DNA from: Candidatus Bathyarchaeota archaeon
GTDB lineage: Archaea > Thermoproteota > Bathyarchaeia > Bathyarchaeales > Bathycorpusculaceae
Length of the DNA stretch: 11,032 nucleotides
Direction of reading: 5' to 3'
Assembly: GCA_963739305.1 (NCBI GenBank)
Contig: CAVTZU010000003.1
Coordinates: 1-11,032 of the forward strand
A program made the translations under genes and the position numbers. Below, in pieces: positions 7,055-11,032 of this stretch; the stretch's first letter is position 1; every line of letters begins with the position of its first letter. The notes under the pieces were generated by a model. That model was not told the origin of the DNA. It made no database searches and was given only the letters and a program-made list of their open reading frames with translations.

Positions 7055-8347
7055 ATGAAGAAAAAAATCTTGACTGTGATCACGCTCGGACTGTTGCTCA
7101 CCAGCTTGGCAAGCGCCGGCTTTGTTTGGCGCACACCTCCCGCAATGGGGGCTAGTTCTTCAGATGATGAGACAGTGAACACGGGCGCTGAGTATTCCAA
7201 TGCAACCATAGGATCGCCCATAGAAGGGTTGGCGATATGGTACGTTTGGATAAACACTAACTCCACTCAAGTGATCTATCTGGCCTACGTCTCTTCGACG
7301 GTTCCGCCCCCGGTTCTCACGTTCTTCGGTCAGCATTACGTGACTGGAAACGGCACAGAAGTGTTCGTGGGCAACACGTTGACTGCGATGGAAGTTTACA
7401 ACGACACTAATCGAAACGGAATACCAGATGCAGATCTGAGCAATGGGACAAGTGAATTGTTGTATAACTTCGCTGTCAACAGTTCACAAAGCTTCGTGAT
7501 TACGCCTGTTCAGAAGACTCTGATAGGCGGAGAGGTTCATTACACTTGGGGCTTGCGATACAATACTATAGATGGTTTCCTGCTCACCGAGAACCAAGCT
7601 ACAGGCGCGAATGTCCTTCTTGACTATCTAGCTTCGTCATATGATTTTTACGTCAAAAGCAATGCTTCCTATTTGAAGACAAGCTTCGAAATCGGCAAGA
7701 TATTGAACGTCACATCCTACGCAGACCTCAACTTTACGCTGGAAGGGTTGAGTCTCTCTTTGCTGTACGGAACAAGCGTCATTGCTTCAAACGCTTACAC
7801 GACGGTTGTGAACGGGGAACCCTACAACTCAACGACAACGCAAAGCTCTGCGATACCTACGCGATCAGGTGAAATCAGGATTGAAGACGCCAAGGCTTAC
7901 GAGTGTGTGTTTGGGCAAAACTACACGCTCTCTAGAGATTCAGAGAACGCGACTTATCCGTCCAAGTCTGCCGCTGTTTCTGACCATAGCGTGCCTGGAG
8001 GCGTGTACAGATCCGTTGAAAGTGCACTCTCATTCTTTGAGAATGTGCTGTCGGGTGTGTTTCCGAAAATAAGCAGTGTACTGACAACCATCAACCTTGA
8101 CTACGGTTTTTCATCTTTTCTTTACAGAGTGTGCTATCCACAATGGGACGGCTACGCACTTGAACACGATCCAACCTACATCGCCTATGTGGCTCTGGTT
8201 GCTATACCTGAAATAGGCCCGCCTGTGATGCTGGTCATCGGAGCATCTATTGTGGGCTCAGCCGTTTTGATAGTGGCGCTGCTTGACACGAGGAAAAATC
8301 GAAGAATGCTGCCTAACAAATCGGGCGTACAAGTACCCTCATCTTGA
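7055..8347 (+). CDS. Secreted, C-terminally anchored cell-surface glycoprotein
   Basis: Signal peptide MKKKILTVITLGLLLTSLASA, 12 NxS/T sequons in the extracellular part, a DTNRNGIPD Ca-binding-like loop, and a C-terminal TM followed by RKNRR. Alternative start at 7043. Confidence 0.8.
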   Translation: MKKKILTVITLGLLLTSLASAGFVWRTPPAMGASSSDDETVNTGAEYSNATIGSPIEGLAIWYVWINTNSTQVIYLAYVSSTVPPPVLTFFGQHYVTGNGTEVFVGNTLTAMEVYNDTNRNGIPDADLSNGTSELLYNFAVNSSQSFVITPVQKTLIGGEVHYTWGLRYNTIDGFLLTENQATGANVLLDYLASSYDFYVKSNASYLKTSFEIGKILNVTSYADLNFTLEGLSLSLLYGTSVIASNAYTTVVNGEPYNSTTTQSSAIPTRSGEIRIEDAKAYECVFGQNYTLSRDSENATYPSKSAAVSDHSVPGGVYRSVESALSFFENVLSGVFPKISSVLTTINLDYGFSSFLYRVCYPQWDGYALEHDPTYIAYVALVAIPEIGPPVMLVIGASIVGSAVLIVALLDTRKNRRMLPNKSGVQVPSS

Positions 8348-8356
8348 GCTTCCATC

Positions 8357-8369
8357 TTTTTCTATTTTT
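8357..8369 (+). terminator. Oligo-T archaeal terminator candidate
   Basis: T-rich tract (TTTTTCTATTTTT) about 10 nt after the 8347 stop. Confidence 0.45.
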
Positions 8370-8414
8370 CAGCCACACACTCGACGTTTGAGAACGCATT
8401 AATATGATAGTAGT

Positions 8415-8426
8415 GCGCGCGCTGAG
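8415..8426 (+). repeat. GCGCGCGCTG(G/A)G motif, right copy
   Basis: GCGCGCGCTGAG matches 4711-4722 (11/12) and 5155-5164 (10/10). Confidence 0.5.
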
Positions 8427-8458
8427 AAGGTTCTTGTTTTCTTGCAGGTGGACTGTTC

Positions 8459-8471
8459 AAAGTTTTTATAT
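8459..8471 (+). promoter_or_regulatory. BRE/TATA promoter for the MFS gene
   Basis: AAAGTTTTTATAT with TTTATA at 8465-8470, GAGGT RBS at 8494-8498, and GTG at 8507. Confidence 0.6.
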
Positions 8472-8506
8472 GCTTTCTTGTACCGTAGGCTAAGAGGTCC
8501 ATTTCA

Positions 8507-9772
8507 GTGGCTGGTTCCAGTGAGTCAAAAAAGATTCTGAAGAATTGGCGAGGAAGATTCTATCTTCCAGGCAACACGTGGGTGCTTGCTCTGAGCGCCA
8601 CTGTCTGGAATATCGGAGGTGCGATGATCAACCCGTACCAGTCTGTTTATTTTACGGGCTTAGGAGCAGATTCGGTGTTCATCGGCTTTCTCTTAGGTGT
8701 CAACTCGGCTGTCACAGCCTTGATGCAGTTGGTAGGCGGATATGTTGCGGATGCTTGGGGTAGAAGAAAAGTCATCGTCATCTTCAGTTTTCTGAGCGCT
8801 GGAACAGCGTTTATCTTCATTTTTGTTTCGGGGCCGGCTCTTTTGATGATTCCTATAGTGATTGGGGCGATTTCAGGCATTTATGGTCCTGCGTTCAATG
8901 CGACTTTGACTGATTCGATGGAGCCGGAGCTGAGAGCACGGGGCTTGGTTTCCTTCACACTTGTTACTTCACTGCCCTCGGTTTTCTTTCCGTATGTTGG
9001 AGGAATGCTGATGCAGACGCTTGGAACGCTCGAAGGGTTGCGCGTAGCCTTTTTCTTCAGTGGACTCTTGGGCGTCATCGGAGTATCGTATAGGGCTCTC
9101 AGGCTCAAAGAGACCTACGTGGGGGTTATGGGGAAGGAGAAAAAGCGAGTTCGGCGTCTTGTTTCAGACTTTTTCGCGGACAATTTGTTTGTTCTGCGGA
9201 ACGCCACGGACGGGGCGAAGAAGCTTCTAATTTACGCTGTTTTGGCGAGTGTTGGAACGGCCATGACTGTGCCTTACACGTCGATTTATTTGGTTAACAT
9301 AGTAAATCTGCCGCCGGAATTCTATGGTCTTCTGACGAATGTTGCTGGATTGATCAGCGTCTTGCTCTTGCTGCCTGCTGCGAGAATAATTGAAAGAGTG
9401 GGGTTGAGGAAGAGTGCGGTTTACGCTTCGCTTTCAGTTCCTGTGAATCAGCTTATATTCGTGAGGGCTAGAGGAACGGACGACTTTGTAACGTGGACTG
9501 CGATAGGCGGCGCGAGCGGTGCTTTATTAGGCCCATCGTTGACGGCGCTTCAGGCGAATCTTTCGCCGCAGGAGATGCGTGGGAGAATAATGGCTATGTT
9601 CAGTGTGTTCTCGCTGATCACGGCTGTTCCGGCGCAGATAGTGGGAGGTTACTTGTTTCAGACTCTGGGTCCGCTGTCTCCGTTCATCGCCTCGACACCG
9701 ATCTTTGTGTTGGCGACGTTGATACTCATTCGAATAAAGGAGCCAGGTCCGCGGTCAATCGGGAAATCATGA
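8507..9772 (+). CDS. Major facilitator superfamily transporter
   Basis: About 12 TM segments, MFS motif A GYVADAWGRRKVI, and repeated P..RARG / P.EMRGR loops in both halves. Confidence 0.93.
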   Translation: MAGSSESKKILKNWRGRFYLPGNTWVLALSATVWNIGGAMINPYQSVYFTGLGADSVFIGFLLGVNSAVTALMQLVGGYVADAWGRRKVIVIFSFLSAGTAFIFIFVSGPALLMIPIVIGAISGIYGPAFNATLTDSMEPELRARGLVSFTLVTSLPSVFFPYVGGMLMQTLGTLEGLRVAFFFSGLLGVIGVSYRALRLKETYVGVMGKEKKRVRRLVSDFFADNLFVLRNATDGAKKLLIYAVLASVGTAMTVPYTSIYLVNIVNLPPEFYGLLTNVAGLISVLLLLPAARIIERVGLRKSAVYASLSVPVNQLIFVRARGTDDFVTWTAIGGASGALLGPSLTALQANLSPQEMRGRIMAMFSVFSLITAVPAQIVGGYLFQTLGPLSPFIASTPIFVLATLILIRIKEPGPRSIGKS

Positions 9773-9922
9773 AAACTCGTTATGCGCGCAATGGAAGGAA
9801 CAGCGTGAAATCCCATGCTTTTGTAACAATTTTGCTGCAGCAATGAGTAACAACTTCAGTTTTTGTGAAATTCTCAAAAAGAAAATTAACGCAGAGGCCT
9901 TTTGAGGTGTTGTGATACTCGG

Positions 9923-10203
9923 TTAATCTCTGTGTTCGTGGGATTCCTCTTCAGATTTTTCTTCGGTCTCTTCTTCGTCCTCAGTAGCTTCTTCTCCTAC
10001 GGCTCTTGCTTCTTCTTCAGCGTCTCCTTCTGCAGGATAAGTGTCATCTAACCAAATCCTGAACTGTTCTTTGCTCTCAGGATCGGAAAAGGCCCACTCA
10101 CACAGTTGACTGACGACGGCGTTGAGATCGATCTCATGATCTTTGGCAAATTCTTCAGAAACTGTTCCCACTCTGCAGGTAAAAATACCGGAGGCCCAAC
10201 CAT
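9923..10203 (-). pseudogene. Frameshifted small protein, ribbon-helix-helix-like N-terminus with acidic tail
   Basis: TATA CTTAAATA (10248-10241), GGTGA RBS and ATG 10203 give MVGPPVFLPAEWEQFL. This joins EEFAKDHEIDLNAVVSQLCEWAF if one base is missing near 10157. Could instead be a sequencing error or a GTG 10171 start. Confidence 0.55.
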
Positions 10204-10302
10204 CTTACTTTTTCACCGTCATCCTTTATCATTCAGGCCATATTTAAGCTTCAGGCATACTTTTCGCCCGAAACGGGCCTGCAATTAATCATGCGATTCA
10301 AG

Positions 10303-10934
10303 CTAGCGAGCGTTTTCGCAGATTGAACCAGGCACTGACCTTGACCATGCGTTCGGATTTTTGTACTTGACTGCTGGCGCTATATCTTCTGTCTGTTTTT
10401 CTTCTCCGACAAGGATTTTTTTCATTTTTGACAAGAGTTCTCTGTGGTCTCCTCATCTCTGATGATGGTTTCGAGAATGTCCTTTAGGTCTTGTAAGTCC
10501 ACATTGTAGATCTCGCGGATTTCTCTTGTCATGTATTCAAGGGTCTTCAGCTGAGTCAGAATGTAGTACTCTTCGGCAACAGTGCTCTCTAGGAGCATCA
10601 GCTTTTCAATCAACGATGCCATGTACGCTTTGGGTACTCTCTCTTTTGTGGCGATCTCTCCTGCAAGACGCTCAATTGTCGTCCAGGTTCCCGAAAAAGA
10701 GTTTCTTTTCGCGGCCTCTGGGTTGCTTTTTTTGCTTAACTATGCTTTCGCTTATTCCTTTGAGGAGTATGGAATGTTTGCGACTGTCGAATGCGATGTA
10801 GAGCAGGAGAGAATTGATTAGCGGGAGATTCACTCTGTTTCGGCTAGACTCTTGTAGAGTAGATATGCCCTTTCTCCAAGAATGCTAGCGCAGCGCAGAA
10901 AGTCTACAACGCTTTCCTGCTTGAGCTTTGTCAT
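10303..10934 (-). pseudogene. Ferritin-like/rubrerythrin-superfamily gene with three frameshifts
   Basis: Four segments in changing frames: MTKLKQESVVDFLRCASILGERAYLLYKSLAE / RVNLPLINSLLLYIAFDSRKHSILLKGISES..KKLFF / GTWTTIERL..LESTVAEEYY..IIRDEET / HRELLSKMKK..VKYKNPNAW..NAR*. Shifts are near 10838, 10691 and 10447. DSRKH and DEETH are the paired diiron-type motifs. Confidence 0.75.
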
Positions 10935-11032
10935 CCATAGGCTCCCTTCTGACTAAGATGATAGTGAGATGATAAACAATTTATGAATCCGAAATATAGA
11001 CGCAGACTGAAGAAAAGAGACTGGATTTTATC

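Noticed and set aside
8311-8349. Second attC-like site GCCTAAC-AAATC-GGGCGTAC-AA-GTACCCT
   Set aside because: R''- and L-like boxes are present, but there is no GTT at the R' position, the loop is only 2 nt and it lies inside a CDS.
4711-8426. CRISPR array or intact prophage/transposon
   Set aside because: The repeats are short, degenerate and irregularly spaced. No cas, integrase, transposase or virion gene is present.
9945-10030. TCT/TTC-rich low-complexity repeats
   Set aside because: Explained by Glu codons of the minus-strand acidic tail.
10526-10821. Plus-strand 91-aa and 79-aa ORFs
   Set aside because: Antisense shadows of the frameshifted ferritin-like gene.

Overview
Archaeal DNA, most likely Bathyarchaeia or a related TACK lineage (inferred from gene style, TATA boxes and GGAG/GGTGA ribosome-binding sites). 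Left part (1-4711): housekeeping-type genes. These are the 3' end of an RPC34/TFE-beta-like gene with a four-Cys Fe-S motif that the ORF track missed, rlmE, a PfuExo I/DUF4152-like exonuclease, a SpoIIM-like membrane protein, nadC, a MurG/GT28-like glycosyltransferase and a PRC-barrel/zinc-ribbon protein. Middle (about 4711-8426): a variable-looking block of orphan membrane and secreted genes, including a membrane-anchored wHTH regulator next to a large glycoprotein. The block is bounded by a GCGCGCGCTG direct repeat, and its spacers carry related imperfect inverted repeats, one resembling an integron attC site. No integrase is visible. Right part: an MFS transporter, a frameshifted RHH-like gene with an acidic tail, and a ferritin-like gene with three frameshifts. 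No tRNA, rRNA, CRISPR array or transposase was recognised. All family calls come from motif recognition by eye, not database searches.
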